Source of the DNA: an uncultured Clostridiaceae bacterium
GTDB lineage: Bacteria > Bacillota > Clostridia > TANB77 > CAG-508
Length of the DNA stretch: 64,000 bases
NCBI GenBank assembly: GCA_930990125.1
Contig: CAKNOI010000006.1
Span: 479 to 64,478 of the forward strand
Direction of reading: 5' to 3'
Of this stretch, positions 20,940-32,494 are shown in pieces. The first letter of the stretch is position 1. Every line of letters begins with the position of its first letter. The translations under genes and the position numbers were made by a program. The notes beneath the pieces are model-generated. The model ran no database searches. It saw only the letters and a program-made list of their open reading frames with translations, and was not told where the DNA came from.

Positions 20940-21061
20940 TTTTTCACCTCCCTATTTAAAATTTATCTTTCCCATTTTTTATTCTTTTATTTATAATTTT
21001 TTATTCAATTTTTTCCAAAAATAAAGATGATAGAAAAACTATCATCTTTACCTAAAAATGG

Positions 21062-22795
21062 TTATTTCTTTGTATCCTCTTGCAATATTTTTGCAATTTC
21101 TTCATATCTTTTTACTTTTTGTGTTGTTGTTTTAATCATTGGCTCTTTACTCAAGAATAATTTTTTCATGTGTTTATAGTTTGGCATTTGATTATTTATT
21201 TTTTTAATATCTGACCATACCATTTCCTGCAATTCTATACCTTGCATATTCGGATGCGTTTGCTGTATGTATTCTTCGTTGTATACAATTTTTACAGATA
21301 ATACTAAATCATCCTCTTTGGGATAGCCAAACACCATGCTTTCTGCTACATATGGCAAATTGTTTACTAATTGTTCTAGTTCCTCTGGATAAATGTTTTT
21401 TCCATTTTTTAGTACAATTACATTTTTCTTTCTTCCGGTAACAAAAATATATCCTTCTTCATCTTGGTAGCCTAAATCGCCTGTATGAAACCATCCATCT
21501 ACAATTACTTCTTTGGTAGCTTCTTCGTTTTGATAATATCCTAACATTAAGTTAGGTCCTTTCATAAGGATTTCTCCTATTCCTTGTTCATTTGGCTTAT
21601 CAATTTTTACTTCTACATTACTTAGTGGAAATCCTACAGAACCATATTTAATATGTCCTTTTGTTTCAGCAGTAATAACAGGAGAAGTTTCGGTTAAGCC
21701 ATATCCTTGTACAGTTAATATACCAAACTCATTAAAACCTTTGGCAACCTCTTTATCAATAGCAGCTGCACCACTTACTACAAATCGTAAATTTCCACCT
21801 AAATTATCTAAAATAGGTTTAAATAATTTTTTACGAATATCAATTCCTATTTTTAATAAGGCATTGCTTAGTTTTTTTGCAAATGCGATTAGTTTTGTTT
21901 TTCCTTGTTTTTCTATTTCATGGTTGATTTTTTTATACATTGCTTCTAACAGAAGCGGTACACATACAAAAATAGATACTTTATACTCTTTTAAATTTTG
22001 TGGAATGTGTTTTAATCCATCACAAAATGTACAAGTTACACCATTACTCATAAAAAGTAAATAGCCTGTACTTCCAAACGTATGGTGAAGCGGTAAAAAT
22101 AGAAGTGCCACATCGGTATCGTAAATATCTTCTGCAATGTTTAAGGCATTGATATTTTCTGTAATATTTTTATGAGATAACATTACTGCTTTTGAACTAG
22201 AAGTAGTACCAGAGGTAAATAGAATAATACTCATCTCTTCTGGATGGATTGTTACATTTTTGTACTCGGTATTTCCGTTTTTTAGCAATTCTTTTCCCTG
22301 TTCTATTACATTTTGCAAAGCAATAAACGATGGATTAGAAGTTTTGTCCATACAAATATAAGATTGTATATTGGTATTACCTTGTTCTTTTATTTTTTGC
22401 ATAATATTTTCGTATTTTCCATCAAAAATAACACAATCAGCTAGACTTTGTTCTAAAGATAATGCAATTTCTCTTTCTGGTAAGGATTTGTCTAATGGAA
22501 CAGCAATTCCAACACCATTCAAAATACTTAAGTAACTCATACACCATTCATATCGATTCGGAGCAATAATAGCAATACGTTTTCCCTTTAATCCCATATG
22601 AATTAGTCCTGTTCCTAACGCTTCTACCTCTTTTCCAAATTCTTCGTATGTTTTCTTTTGGTATTCTGTTTGCCCATCTATTTTTTTCTTTAAAATAAAT
22701 GCTGTATGGTTTGCATATTGCTTTACTGCATATTCCAAAACTTCACGAAGATCCTTAAAATCCACTTTTTTAATATGTTCTTTGTTTTTATTCAT
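21062..22795 (-). CDS. AMP-dependent synthetase/ligase (long-chain fatty acid-CoA ligase-like)
   Basis: 577 aa with the AMP-binding motif FTSGTTSSSKAV and a C-terminal ANL-family domain. Confidence 0.8.
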   Translation of the reverse strand: MNKNKEHIKKVDFKDLREVLEYAVKQYANHTAFILKKKIDGQTEYQKKTYEEFGKEVEALGTGLIHMGLKGKRIAIIAPNRYEWCMSYLSILNGVGIAVPLDKSLPEREIALSLEQSLADCVIFDGKYENIMQKIKEQGNTNIQSYICMDKTSNPSFIALQNVIEQGKELLKNGNTEYKNVTIHPEEMSIILFTSGTTSSSKAVMLSHKNITENINALNIAEDIYDTDVALLFLPLHHTFGSTGYLLFMSNGVTCTFCDGLKHIPQNLKEYKVSIFVCVPLLLEAMYKKINHEIEKQGKTKLIAFAKKLSNALLKIGIDIRKKLFKPILDNLGGNLRFVVSGAAAIDKEVAKGFNEFGILTVQGYGLTETSPVITAETKGHIKYGSVGFPLSNVEVKIDKPNEQGIGEILMKGPNLMLGYYQNEEATKEVIVDGWFHTGDLGYQDEEGYIFVTGRKKNVIVLKNGKNIYPEELEQLVNNLPYVAESMVFGYPKEDDLVLSVKIVYNEEYIQQTHPNMQGIELQEMVWSDIKKINNQMPNYKHMKKLFLSKEPMIKTTTQKVKRYEEIAKILQEDTKK

Positions 22796-22909
22796 GATTC
22801 TCTCCTATTTTTAAATTTCTTCTATTATATCATAGGATTTTTATTTCTATTTCTCGAATGACCACAAAGTCGATAAATCTATCTTTAGGCTTAGAGCGTC
22901 AATAGATTT

Positions 22910-22942
22910 AGCAATGCAAAAACTGCTCTATTTTTTTAAAGA
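22910..22942. terminator. Intrinsic terminator closing the TetR-ABC operon
   Basis: AAACTGCTCTattttttttaAAGAGCAGTTT. Confidence 0.6.
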
Positions 22943-22960
22943 GCAGTTTAAATTTAATAT

Positions 22961-23581
22961 TTATTTTACAGTTATTGTAGCAAGCTTTCCAGATGAATAA
23001 ATCATGGTGCGACCTACTCTATAACGATAATTGCAATATATAGTAGTAGTTCCTTGTTTTAAAGCAGTAACATTTCCCTCTTTATCTACTTTAGCAATAG
23101 AAGAATCTTTTATTGTCCAGCCAGTTATTGTTCCAATAGCTCCTACGGGATCCATTTTATAAGTTATTTTCTTTGTTTCTCCCACTGTTAGAGTCATATC
23201 ATCAGGAATAATATTTTTTAGTGGATAAGTACAAGTTAATGTAAATTGTTTTGTTATACCATTATCTGTTTGGGCTGTTATTACTGTAGAACCAGGTGTT
23301 TTTACTTTAATATTACCTAGGCTATCAATAGAGGCAACAGCTGGATTACTAGAAGAATATTGTACTTTTGAGGTAGAACCATATGGATATACTCTGGTTA
23401 ACAGAGGGTAATTTTCTCCTACTGTTGCACTAGTGGTTTCCTGAATCCATAAACCTGTTGCAGGAACTTTTTCATCTTGAATACCAGTTAAATCTTGGTA
23501 ATATGCTACTCCTTTAAACGTAGGCCACTCGTAACCATCATATTTAGTAGAAGTACATGGTTCAAAATTATTTTCTATTTT
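22961..23581 (-). pseudogene. Start-less ORF of about 205 aa encoding two Big_2 (bacterial Ig-like) domains, in frame directly behind the stop of the ABC transporter gene (3-prime gene remnant or read-through extension)
   Basis: Frame stays open from the ABC stop TAG (23582-23584) to 22961 with no ATG/GTG/TTG and no RBS until the internal ATG at 23197. Translation ...KVQYSSSNPAVASIDSLGNIKVKTPGSTVITAQ...KKITYKMDPVGAIGTITG...GTTTIYCNY is typical Big_2. Confidence 0.5.
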
Positions 23582-25429
23582 CTATTCTATCCGCTCTTCG
23601 ACTTCGAATTGTGAATCGTACAATTTTTCGTAAAAACCTTTTTTGGCTAATAGTTCTTCGTGTGTTCCTTGCTCTACAATGTCTCCGTGGTCCATAACCA
23701 AAATTAGGTCTGCATTTTTTATGGTAGAGAGTCTGTGCGCAATGATAAAACTGGTTCTTCCTTTCATTAAGTTATCCATTGCGGATTGAATTTGTTGTTC
23801 GGTTCTTGTGTCAATAGAGCTTGTTGCTTCGTCTAGAATTAGTATTTTAGGGTCTGCTAATATTACTCTGGCAATGGTTAATAATTGTTTTTGACCTGCT
23901 GAAATATTACTAGATTCCTCATTAATGATTGCATCATAGCCATTTGGCAATGTTTTAATATAATGGTGTACATGTGCTGCTTTAGCTGCTTCTATTATTT
24001 CTGCATCAGTTGCGTCTGGTTTACCATAACTAATATTATCTTTTACACTACCATTAAAGAGCCAAGTGTCTTGTAGTACCATACCAAACATTTTACGAAG
24101 CTCTCCTCTATCAAAATCCTTTACATTATGACCATCTACTAAGATAGCTCCTTTATTTACATCATAAAAACGCATTAATAATTTTACCATCGTTGTTTTT
24201 CCTGCACCTGTTGGTCCTACAATAGCTATTTTTTGTCCTTCTTTTACATCAGCGCAAAAATCATGAATAATAATTTTGTCTTCATCATAACCAAATTGAA
24301 CATGGTCAAAGCGGATATTTCCTTTTAATCCTTTTGTACTAGTAGGATTTGCAATAGTAGGTACTTCTTCTGGTTCTTCTAAGAATTTGAATACTCTCTC
24401 TGCTGCTGCAATCATACTTTGAATCATAGCAGATACTTGTGCAATTTGCATAATTGGGTGGGTAAATTGCTTGTTATATTGAATAAAACTTTGAATATTT
24501 CCTACTGTAATAGTTCCTTGTATTGCTAAATATCCACCAAGGATAGCAACAGCTACATATCCTACATTTCCTATAAAATTCATTAATGGATGCATTAATC
24601 CAGATAAGAATTGGGATCTCCATGCAGAGTGATACAATTCTTTATTAGCTTTACTAAACTCTTCTATTGCTTCTTTTTCTCCATTAAATGCCTTTACTAC
24701 TGTATGCCCACCATAAATTTCTTCTACTTGCCCATTTACATGTCCTAAATAATCTTGTTGTGCTGTAAAGTATTTTTGTGATTTTCCTACAATTTTCCTT
24801 AAAATAAATACTGTGATAGGCAAAATAATTAAGGATACTAAAGTCATTAACCAACTAATAGAAAACATCATTACTAAAATACCAATAATAGTACAAATTG
24901 ATGTAATAATTTGGATAACACTCTGGTTTAAGTTTTGTGACAGAGTATCAATATCATTGGTAATGATAGATAATACTTCCCCATGTGTTTTGGTATCAAA
25001 ATAATGCATTGGTAGTTTGTTAATTTTCTTAGCTAAATCATTACGTAATTTATAAGTAATTTTTTGTACAACTGATGTCATGGTAAAACCCTGTACTAAG
25101 GAAAAAATTTGACTTAACATATAAAGTCCAAGTAAAGATAACAAAATAGTTGCAATTTTACCAAAATCAATACCTGCTCCACCAGATAGTTTACTTACTA
25201 AACCATTAAAAATTTCGGTGGTTGCATTTCCTAATATTTTAGGTCCTACTACCATAAAAATAGTACTTCCTACTGCAAAAAGGATAACAATAATTAAAGC
25301 CACCTTATACTGTGATAGGTAATTTTTAATTAACTTCTTAGTAGTTCCTTTAAAATCTTGTGGCTTTTCTACTACGCCTTTCATGCCACGTCCCATACCT
25401 CCCATTGGAGGTCTCATATTTTGTGCCAT
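23582..25429 (-). CDS. ABC transporter permease/ATPase (type I exporter half-transporter, subunit B of a heterodimer)
   Basis: 615 aa, 6-TM domain plus NBD with Walker A GPTGAGKTT and signature ISAGQKQ. Start overlaps the upstream partner (ATGA). Confidence 0.88.
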   Translation of the reverse strand: MAQNMRPPMGGMGRGMKGVVEKPQDFKGTTKKLIKNYLSQYKVALIIVILFAVGSTIFMVVGPKILGNATTEIFNGLVSKLSGGAGIDFGKIATILLSLLGLYMLSQIFSLVQGFTMTSVVQKITYKLRNDLAKKINKLPMHYFDTKTHGEVLSIITNDIDTLSQNLNQSVIQIITSICTIIGILVMMFSISWLMTLVSLIILPITVFILRKIVGKSQKYFTAQQDYLGHVNGQVEEIYGGHTVVKAFNGEKEAIEEFSKANKELYHSAWRSQFLSGLMHPLMNFIGNVGYVAVAILGGYLAIQGTITVGNIQSFIQYNKQFTHPIMQIAQVSAMIQSMIAAAERVFKFLEEPEEVPTIANPTSTKGLKGNIRFDHVQFGYDEDKIIIHDFCADVKEGQKIAIVGPTGAGKTTMVKLLMRFYDVNKGAILVDGHNVKDFDRGELRKMFGMVLQDTWLFNGSVKDNISYGKPDATDAEIIEAAKAAHVHHYIKTLPNGYDAIINEESSNISAGQKQLLTIARVILADPKILILDEATSSIDTRTEQQIQSAMDNLMKGRTSFIIAHRLSTIKNADLILVMDHGDIVEQGTHEELLAKKGFYEKLYDSQFEVEERIE

Positions 25430-27675
25430 TATTCCAATTCCTCCTTTGAAAGTTGTGATAAAGCAATTTGTCTGTAGGTCTCACAATTTTCCATTAATTC
25501 CTTGTGGGTACCTTTACCAACAATTTTGCCTTCTTCTAATACAATAATTTGGTCCGCATTTAAAACAGTACTAATTCTTTGTGCCACAATAATAACGGTT
25601 TTATCTTGCGTTATTTCTTTTAAAGCATTTCTTAATTTACTATCTGTTTTAAAATCTAATGCAGAAAAACTATCGTCAAATACGAATACTTCTGGGTCTG
25701 TTGCAATTGCTCTTGCAATAGATAAACGTTGCTTTTGTCCTCCTGATACATTTCCTCCACCTTGCGCAATTGGTGCATCGTATTTTTCTTCTTTTTCCTC
25801 TATAAACTCGGTAGCTTGTGCTATTCTGGCTGCTTTAACCATTTGTTCGTCAGACATTTCTGGATTTCCATATTTAATATTGGAACGAATGGTACCAGAA
25901 AATAATACACCTTTTTGTGGAACAAAACCAATTTTCTTTCTTAATTCTGCTTGTGGTACATTTCTTACATCTACGCCATCTACTAGCAATTCTCCACGTG
26001 TTACATCATAAAAACGAGGAATTAAATTTACGACCGTAGACTTACCACTACCCGTACTTCCAATAATAGCTGTTGTTGTCCCTGGTTTTGCAGTAAAGGT
26101 TATATCCTCTAATATTTCGGTATCAGCATCTGGATAACGGAAAGATACTTCTTTAAATTCTACTAAACCTTTTTTGCTTGTATCCCATTCCTTCTTTTCT
26201 GCTTTATCTTTAATACTTGGCTCTGTTTCTAATACTTCATTAATACGTCTTGCAGATACTGCTGCACGTGGTAACATAATAGAAATCATAGAAATCATTA
26301 AGAAACTCATAACAATTTGCATGGTGTATTGGATAAACGCCATCATGTCTCCTACTTGCAAAATACCTTGGTCTACATCATGTCCACCAACCCAAATAAT
26401 TAGTAACATAATAGAATTCATTACAAACATTAATGCAGGCATCATAATGCTCATTGCACGGTTTACAAATACGTTTGTTTTCATTAATTTTTTGTTTGCC
26501 TCATCAAAACGCTCTTCTTCACGTTTTTCGGTACTAAAAGCACGAATAACAGGTATACCAGTTAAAATTTCACGAGATACCAAATTTAGTTTATCTATTA
26601 AATCTTGTAGTTTTCTAAATTTCGGCATTGCTACAATAAATAAAACAAGTACAATCGCTAAAATGCATAAAATAGCAAGACCTATAATCCATGCCATTGA
26701 AGTTTGGCTTTTGGTAAGAACATGAATAAATCCACCAATACCAATAATTGGAGCATATACTACCACACGGAATAGCATAGTGATCAATTGCTGAATTTGC
26801 TGAATATCGTTGGTACTACGTGTAATAAGAGAAGCTGTTGAAAATTCTCTAAACTCTTTGGTAGAAAAACTTAATACCTTTTTAAATACCAAATCTCTTA
26901 ATGTTCTTCCTAGTTTTGCAGCCACACGAGAAGATAGTAACATAATGCTAATTGCTGCAGCCATACTTACAAAAGCTACTCCTAACATTTGTAAACCTGT
27001 AAGTAAAATATAATTGTTTTGAATAGCATCAATGTCCATTCCTAATGCTTGATATTCTTCTTTTACCTCACTTATAGCAGCTTGTTCTATCATTGTTCCC
27101 ATCATTTGGTCTAACTGCTCATCAATTGTTGTTTGCATCTGTTCTAATTGTGCCTCTGGCATATTTTTTACTACTTCTAATAAACTCATTTGCTCCAAAA
27201 TTGCTTTTTGTTCTTCTGGAATAGTCTCAAGCATTTGCTCTTTAATCGTCTTTTCTGTTTCTTCGTTTTGTAAAATAGACACTGTCATAAGAGGTCTTGC
27301 CATTTTTTCGTCTAATTCTTCCTGCTCTTCTTCGGATACTTTATTTAATACATAAATATCTTGATTTTCTAGTTCCGGATATTTTTTTACCTCTTTTTCC
27401 CATTCTTTTTCTGACACACTGTCTTTAGATACTAGGGTATAGTGTTCTAGAATACTTTCATCCTCCTCTGTAAATAAGAGGATATTTTCCATCTGTGATT
27501 TACGAATTGCATCTGGCGCTACATTTTCTATACCACCTTGTTGTATACCTATGTTGACAATTTTAGAAGTATAGTCTGGAAGAGCTAAATCTGTAGCCGC
27601 TTGCAAACATAATAGTGCAATAATAACAATTACACTCACCCATGATTTTTTTAAGTACTTTAATACCTTTAACAT
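25429..27675 (-). CDS. ABC transporter permease/ATPase (subunit A) with an approximately 190 aa extracytoplasmic insertion between TM1 and TM2
   Basis: 748 aa. NBD Walker A GSTGSGKST, signature VSGGQKQ. Long acidic helical insert after TM1. Confidence 0.85.
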   Translation of the reverse strand: MLKVLKYLKKSWVSVIVIIALLCLQAATDLALPDYTSKIVNIGIQQGGIENVAPDAIRKSQMENILLFTEEDESILEHYTLVSKDSVSEKEWEKEVKKYPELENQDIYVLNKVSEEEQEELDEKMARPLMTVSILQNEETEKTIKEQMLETIPEEQKAILEQMSLLEVVKNMPEAQLEQMQTTIDEQLDQMMGTMIEQAAISEVKEEYQALGMDIDAIQNNYILLTGLQMLGVAFVSMAAAISIMLLSSRVAAKLGRTLRDLVFKKVLSFSTKEFREFSTASLITRSTNDIQQIQQLITMLFRVVVYAPIIGIGGFIHVLTKSQTSMAWIIGLAILCILAIVLVLFIVAMPKFRKLQDLIDKLNLVSREILTGIPVIRAFSTEKREEERFDEANKKLMKTNVFVNRAMSIMMPALMFVMNSIMLLIIWVGGHDVDQGILQVGDMMAFIQYTMQIVMSFLMISMISIMLPRAAVSARRINEVLETEPSIKDKAEKKEWDTSKKGLVEFKEVSFRYPDADTEILEDITFTAKPGTTTAIIGSTGSGKSTVVNLIPRFYDVTRGELLVDGVDVRNVPQAELRKKIGFVPQKGVLFSGTIRSNIKYGNPEMSDEQMVKAARIAQATEFIEEKEEKYDAPIAQGGGNVSGGQKQRLSIARAIATDPEVFVFDDSFSALDFKTDSKLRNALKEITQDKTVIIVAQRISTVLNADQIIVLEEGKIVGKGTHKELMENCETYRQIALSQLSKEELE

Positions 27676-27679
27676 TGTT

Positions 27680-28295
27680 TTACTTTTCCACCCTTTCTTT
27701 TAGTATTCCATACTTTAAATAATCTAAAGCTTGGTAAAACTCCCTACGTGACTGTTCCACATGGTTGTTTTTAAACGTACTTGCAATAGCACCTCGTAAA
27801 GTTCTATTTAACATACGTATAATAATTCTAAGGTCTTCTTCTTGTGTTAACCTTAGTAATTGCATATTAATATATTGCTTATACTTTAGTATCTCAAACT
27901 TAGGCTCTTGCTTAATAGCAAAGAAAATTTCTTCATTTGCTTTGATATTTTCAAAGATTTTTCGAAAGAAGTTAACATCTTCACTTTGCATACAAGTAGT
28001 AAGAATAAAATCGTATAATCCCTTATACACTTCAAAAATATCTCCACCGTGACTGCTCCAAAGTATGTACAATATAGGTGTCCACATCTTTTACTTTTAA
28101 TTCCAACAAATACTGTAGTACATCTTGTTTGCTCGTAAAATACTGATAAAAGCTACCTCTTGCAATTTCTGCTTCCTCTACAATGTTCTTAATAGAAACC
28201 TCCTCTATAGGAACACGAGAAAATTCTTTTTTTGCAGCCTCTATAATTTTATGCTTCTTTTCCTCTGCTAATTTCAAAAATGTCTCTGTTGGCAT
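27680..28295 (-). CDS. TetR/AcrR-family transcriptional regulator. Requires a +1 skip at the in-frame CGG (forward 28057-28059).
   Basis: N-terminal HTH piece (ORF 28032..28295 ...IARGSFYQYFTSKQDVL...) and C-terminal ligand-domain piece (27680..28087) joined as ...LEQS [C]GG DIFEVYKG restoring Gly (GGT). Heads the ABC exporter operon. Confidence 0.75.
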
Positions 28296-28465
28296 TTTCC
28301 TCCCCCTTTCAGGCTCAAAAATGACACCATGTCATATTATATGTGACATCGTGTCATTTGTCAAGTGTTCTATTGTAAAAGTTTTGTGAAATTGGATTTC
28401 ACGTTTTTGGCACCTATTTTAAGTGTAACCTTCACGTTTTTGATACTTCTTGCTTTATAACTCTA

Positions 28466-29788
28466 CTATTTTCCTTTTCCCTCATACCCTGGTTTACCTA
28501 GCAAACGGAACATGTTTTTCTTGTATTTTTCTACTCCTGGTTGGTCAAATGGGTTTACTCCTAGTAGGTTGCCAGACATAGCACATGCTTTTTCGAAGAA
28601 GTAGATTAGGTGACCTATTCCTTCTTCGTTTAGGGCATCTACTTGGATTAGGATATTAGGAACTTCGCCGGATACGTGGGCTTCTATGGTTCCTTCCATT
28701 GCTTTTTTGTTAACATAGTCTAAATCTTTTCCTGCTAAGTAATTTAGTCCATCTAGGTCGTCTTCGTCTAGTGGGATTGTTAGATTGCTATTTGGTTTTT
28801 TAATTTGTAGTACTGTTTCTAGTAAATTACGTCTTCCTTCTTGTATATATTGACCAAGAGAGTGTAAATCCGTAGTAAATTCTGCTGAAGATGGATAAAT
28901 TCCTTTTAGTTCTTTTCCTTCACTTTCGCCAAAAAGCTGTTTCCACCACTCTAAGAAGTAATGCAGTTTTGGTTCATAGGTAACAAGTAATTCTATATTT
29001 TTCTCTTTTTCATATAACATATTACGAAGAACAGCGTATTTATAGCAGTCGTTATATTTTACATTTTCATCACTATATTTTTCTTGTGCAAATCTTGCTC
29101 CGTCCATTAGTTTATCAATGTTTAATCCAGCAGTAGCAATAGGAAGAAGTCCTACTGCTGTTAAAACAGAATATCTTCCGCCAACATTGTCTGGAATAAC
29201 AAAGGTCTCGTATTTTTCTTCTGTTGCTAGTTTTTTTAATGCACCTTTTTCTTTGTCGGTTGTAACATAAATACGTTTTCTAGCTTCTTCTAAGCCATAT
29301 TTATTTTCTAAAAATTCTCTAAAAATACGAAAGGCAATGGCTGGCTCTGTTGTAGTTCCAGATTTAGAAATCACATTAATAGAAACCTCTTTATCTCCTA
29401 TATAGTCAATAACATCATTGATGTAATTTGGGTTTAGGTTATTGCCTACATATACTATTTGTGGGAATTTACGCTTATCTTTTGACAAACTATTGGAAAA
29501 TGTATGGGTTAATGCCTCAATAACGGCTCTAGCTCCTAAATAAGAACCACCAATACCAATTACCAAAAGAACATCTGAATTTTTTATAATCCTTTTTACT
29601 GCTTTTTTTATCCTAGAAAATTCTGTTTTATCATAATTAGTAGGAAGCTTAAGCCATCCTAAAAAAGCATCTTCGTTTTCCGCTTCTGCCTCTAACCTCT
29701 TATGAATCTCTGCCACTTGTTTTGCATAGGTCATCATTTCTTTTTCTTTTATACCAGAGTTACTATAATCTAATTTCACATTATTCAT
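28466..29788 (-). CDS. pgi: Glucose-6-phosphate isomerase
   Basis: 440 aa Firmicutes-type PGI (SIS domains; ...GGRYSV... motif). Confidence 0.9.
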   Translation of the reverse strand: MNNVKLDYSNSGIKEKEMMTYAKQVAEIHKRLEAEAENEDAFLGWLKLPTNYDKTEFSRIKKAVKRIIKNSDVLLVIGIGGSYLGARAVIEALTHTFSNSLSKDKRKFPQIVYVGNNLNPNYINDVIDYIGDKEVSINVISKSGTTTEPAIAFRIFREFLENKYGLEEARKRIYVTTDKEKGALKKLATEEKYETFVIPDNVGGRYSVLTAVGLLPIATAGLNIDKLMDGARFAQEKYSDENVKYNDCYKYAVLRNMLYEKEKNIELLVTYEPKLHYFLEWWKQLFGESEGKELKGIYPSSAEFTTDLHSLGQYIQEGRRNLLETVLQIKKPNSNLTIPLDEDDLDGLNYLAGKDLDYVNKKAMEGTIEAHVSGEVPNILIQVDALNEEGIGHLIYFFEKACAMSGNLLGVNPFDQPGVEKYKKNMFRLLGKPGYEGKGK

Positions 29789-29868
29789 TCTTTTGTTTCC
29801 TCACTTTCTATTCTTTTTGGTAATTGTATACTAATTTTTAGAAAGATGCAATATAAATTTTTTTGTTT

Positions 29869-31072
29869 TTACTGCAGTACCTCATCTAATACTTTTGCTA
29901 AATACTTCATGCTGTTCATTGTTTCTTCTAGTGTGTTGCCTGTAGCGCCTACTTCTATGATGCTGGCGGCTTTTCCTAGGTTTTGATTGTATCTAGAGTT
30001 TCGTACCATGATGGGTTTAAATAGGCCCGGGTATAGTTCGTTTGCTTTTTGTACTACTTTTACAGCAAAGCTTAAGTTTTTGGTCCAGTTTGGATGGTAT
30101 AAGCCTCCTCCATTGGTTCCTATAACAAACATTAATTGTGCTGCATATTCGTCTCCTATTTTTACTTTAGGTGCATAGGTGTTGTCTCCTACTGCATCAC
30201 GGTGTAAGTCGAGTATAATATCTATATCTGGATTTGCTTGTAATTCATTTTCTACAGAGGTATAGGAACGGTCATAAGAACCGTTATAAGCAGGGTAGTC
30301 ATGATAATTGGTGTTGTGTATTACTTCTCTTCCTTGTGCTTCTAAGTATTCTTTTAATACGGTTCCATTTCTTGCAACAGAATAGTTTAAGTCAATTGTA
30401 CGAAATGTTCCGTGATGCTTGGTATTCGTATCCTGGACTTGGTGTATAGCTTTCACACGTATGCGTATGAAATAGTAAAACTTTATTCTTGTTTACTTCT
30501 ATATTTAAGTCTAGCATATCTTCTGTAATGGTGTTATCAGATTCATTTTTAATGTTTACTCCATAGCAAGTCATGGTATATTTATTGTTTGCCGTGTTGT
30601 TTTCTGTTACTACTTCTGTTGGTAAACCTGTTTGTGCTTCTTGTACTACGGTTGTTTCTTCTTCACTTTCTTGCACCGGTTCTTCTTCTTGCGTAGGCGT
30701 TTCTTCTGCACTTTCTTCTGTAGCAGTGTTTTCCGCTTCTGTTACCTGTTCTGTCATAGCAAGCCCTAGTGTTAGCATTTTTAATAAAGGTGATTTTTCT
30801 TTTTCTATAATAGCTTCATCTTGTGCTATTTGCTTATTTTTTTCATGTACTGCTTTTATTCCTGGAATGGTACTATCTAAGCAAAAATAATAGGGTTCCT
30901 TCATAGAGCACTTAGTTTCTTCTTTTACCTTTTCTACACTTAATGCAATTTCTTCTTCTTCCTTTTTTCCATTAAAAAATCTAGTAAGACTAAAAATAAC
31001 AATAACAATTATTACTACGCTTACTAGATATTTTATTAAATCTTTTATATTCACAACCGCAATATTTAACAT
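29869..31072 (-). CDS. spoIIP: Stage II sporulation protein P (SpoIIP). Requires a +1 skip at the in-frame CGG (forward 30410-30412).
   Basis: N-terminal piece MLNIAVVNIKDL...VLLFHTHTCESYTPSPGYEYQAS [C]GG then C-terminal piece TFRTIDLNYSVARNGTV...IIEVG (amidase-like SpoIIP domain). RBS AAAGGAG before the second ATG at 31072. Junction restores Gly (GGA). Confidence 0.8.
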
Positions 31073-31153
31073 ATTTTCTCCTTTGTCCATCTAAGCTATA
31101 TAGTATATATATTCCTGTTCTTTTGAAAATATGTTAAAATACATGAGCTTCTT

Positions 31154-32482
31154 TTATTTCTTTGTTACCTCTGCAATAACTTGCTCTACGGTAAGTTTTT
31201 GTTGTTCTCCTGTTTGCATATTTTTTAGTGTTACCTTGCCACTTGCTACTTCTTCTTCTCCTATTACAATAGTATATGGCACTTTTAGTTTATCTGCATA
31301 TTTGAACTTTGCTTTTAACTTTTTATCGTTTAAATATACCTCTGTCTTAATGTCTTGGTTACGTAGCATGGTTGCAATTTCAAAGCATTTTTCTATTTCG
31401 TTTGGAGATGCAGGGAGTAACAATACTTTTGCAATAGATTCTTCTGTTTTCTTTAGTAATCCTAGTTCATTTAGTTTATAGAATAGTCTGGTAAGTCCAA
31501 TTGAAATTCCTACTCCTGGTAATTTTTGATTGGTATAATATTCTGCTAGGTTTTCGTATCTACCACCAGAACAAATACTACCAATTTGTCTGTAATCATT
31601 TAAGAAAGTTTCATATACGGTTCCTGTATAATAGTCTAATCCTCTTGCTATCGTTAAATCTATTTTATAGTTTGCCTCTGGTATTCCAAAAATGCGAAGG
31701 TATTTTACTACTTCTGTTAATTCGTATAGACCTTGCTTAAAAGTCTCAGATTCTATTGGTAAGTTATTTAATTTTTCTAATATTTCTGGTACGGTTCCTT
31801 TTATTTGCATAAAATCTAATATCGTTGTAATTGCTTCTTCGCTCATTTGTAGGTCTTGAAATTCTTCTATTACCGCTTCTTTCCCAATTTTCTCAATTTT
31901 ATCAATAATACGCATAATGTCTGTTGCTTTATCGGATAAAGAAAGGCTTTCAAAAAGTCCGTTTAATAATTTACGGTTGTTAATGCAAATAGTAAAATCA
32001 CCTAAGCCTAAAGAGCGAAATACTTCATAGATAATGCTAGGAATTTCGGCATCATGTGCTAAACTTAGCTCTCCATCTCCAATAATATCAATATCACATT
32101 GATAAAACTCACGAAATCTTCCGGCTTGTGCTCTTTCTCCACGATATACTTTTCCTATTTGATAACGTCTAAACGGAAAACTTAATTCGTTTTGGTTCAT
32201 AGCTACATATTTTGCAAGTGGTACTGTTAAGTCAAAACGTAAAGATAAATCCGTATCCCCTTTGGTAAAACGGTAAATTTGTTTTTCTGTTTCTCCGCCT
32301 GCTTTTGCAAGTAGTACCTCAGATAACTCCATTACAGGAGTATCTAGTGGTAAAAAGCCAAATTTTTCGTAGGTAGCTCTAATTTTATCTACCATTTGAT
32401 TAAAAATAATTTGTTTATCTGGTAATAACTCCATAAAACCAGATAAAGTTCTTGGTTTGGTAATTTGTCTTTTTTCTTCCAT
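31154..32482 (-). CDS. hisS: Histidine--tRNA ligase
   Basis: 442 aa class II aaRS with motif 1-3 and HisS-specific CSGGRYENL. C-terminal anticodon-binding domain. Confidence 0.9.
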   Translation of the reverse strand: MEEKRQITKPRTLSGFMELLPDKQIIFNQMVDKIRATYEKFGFLPLDTPVMELSEVLLAKAGGETEKQIYRFTKGDTDLSLRFDLTVPLAKYVAMNQNELSFPFRRYQIGKVYRGERAQAGRFREFYQCDIDIIGDGELSLAHDAEIPSIIYEVFRSLGLGDFTICINNRKLLNGLFESLSLSDKATDIMRIIDKIEKIGKEAVIEEFQDLQMSEEAITTILDFMQIKGTVPEILEKLNNLPIESETFKQGLYELTEVVKYLRIFGIPEANYKIDLTIARGLDYYTGTVYETFLNDYRQIGSICSGGRYENLAEYYTNQKLPGVGISIGLTRLFYKLNELGLLKKTEESIAKVLLLPASPNEIEKCFEIATMLRNQDIKTEVYLNDKKLKAKFKYADKLKVPYTIVIGEEEVASGKVTLKNMQTGEQQKLTVEQVIAEVTKK

Positions 32483-32494
32483 CTCTTTTCCCCC

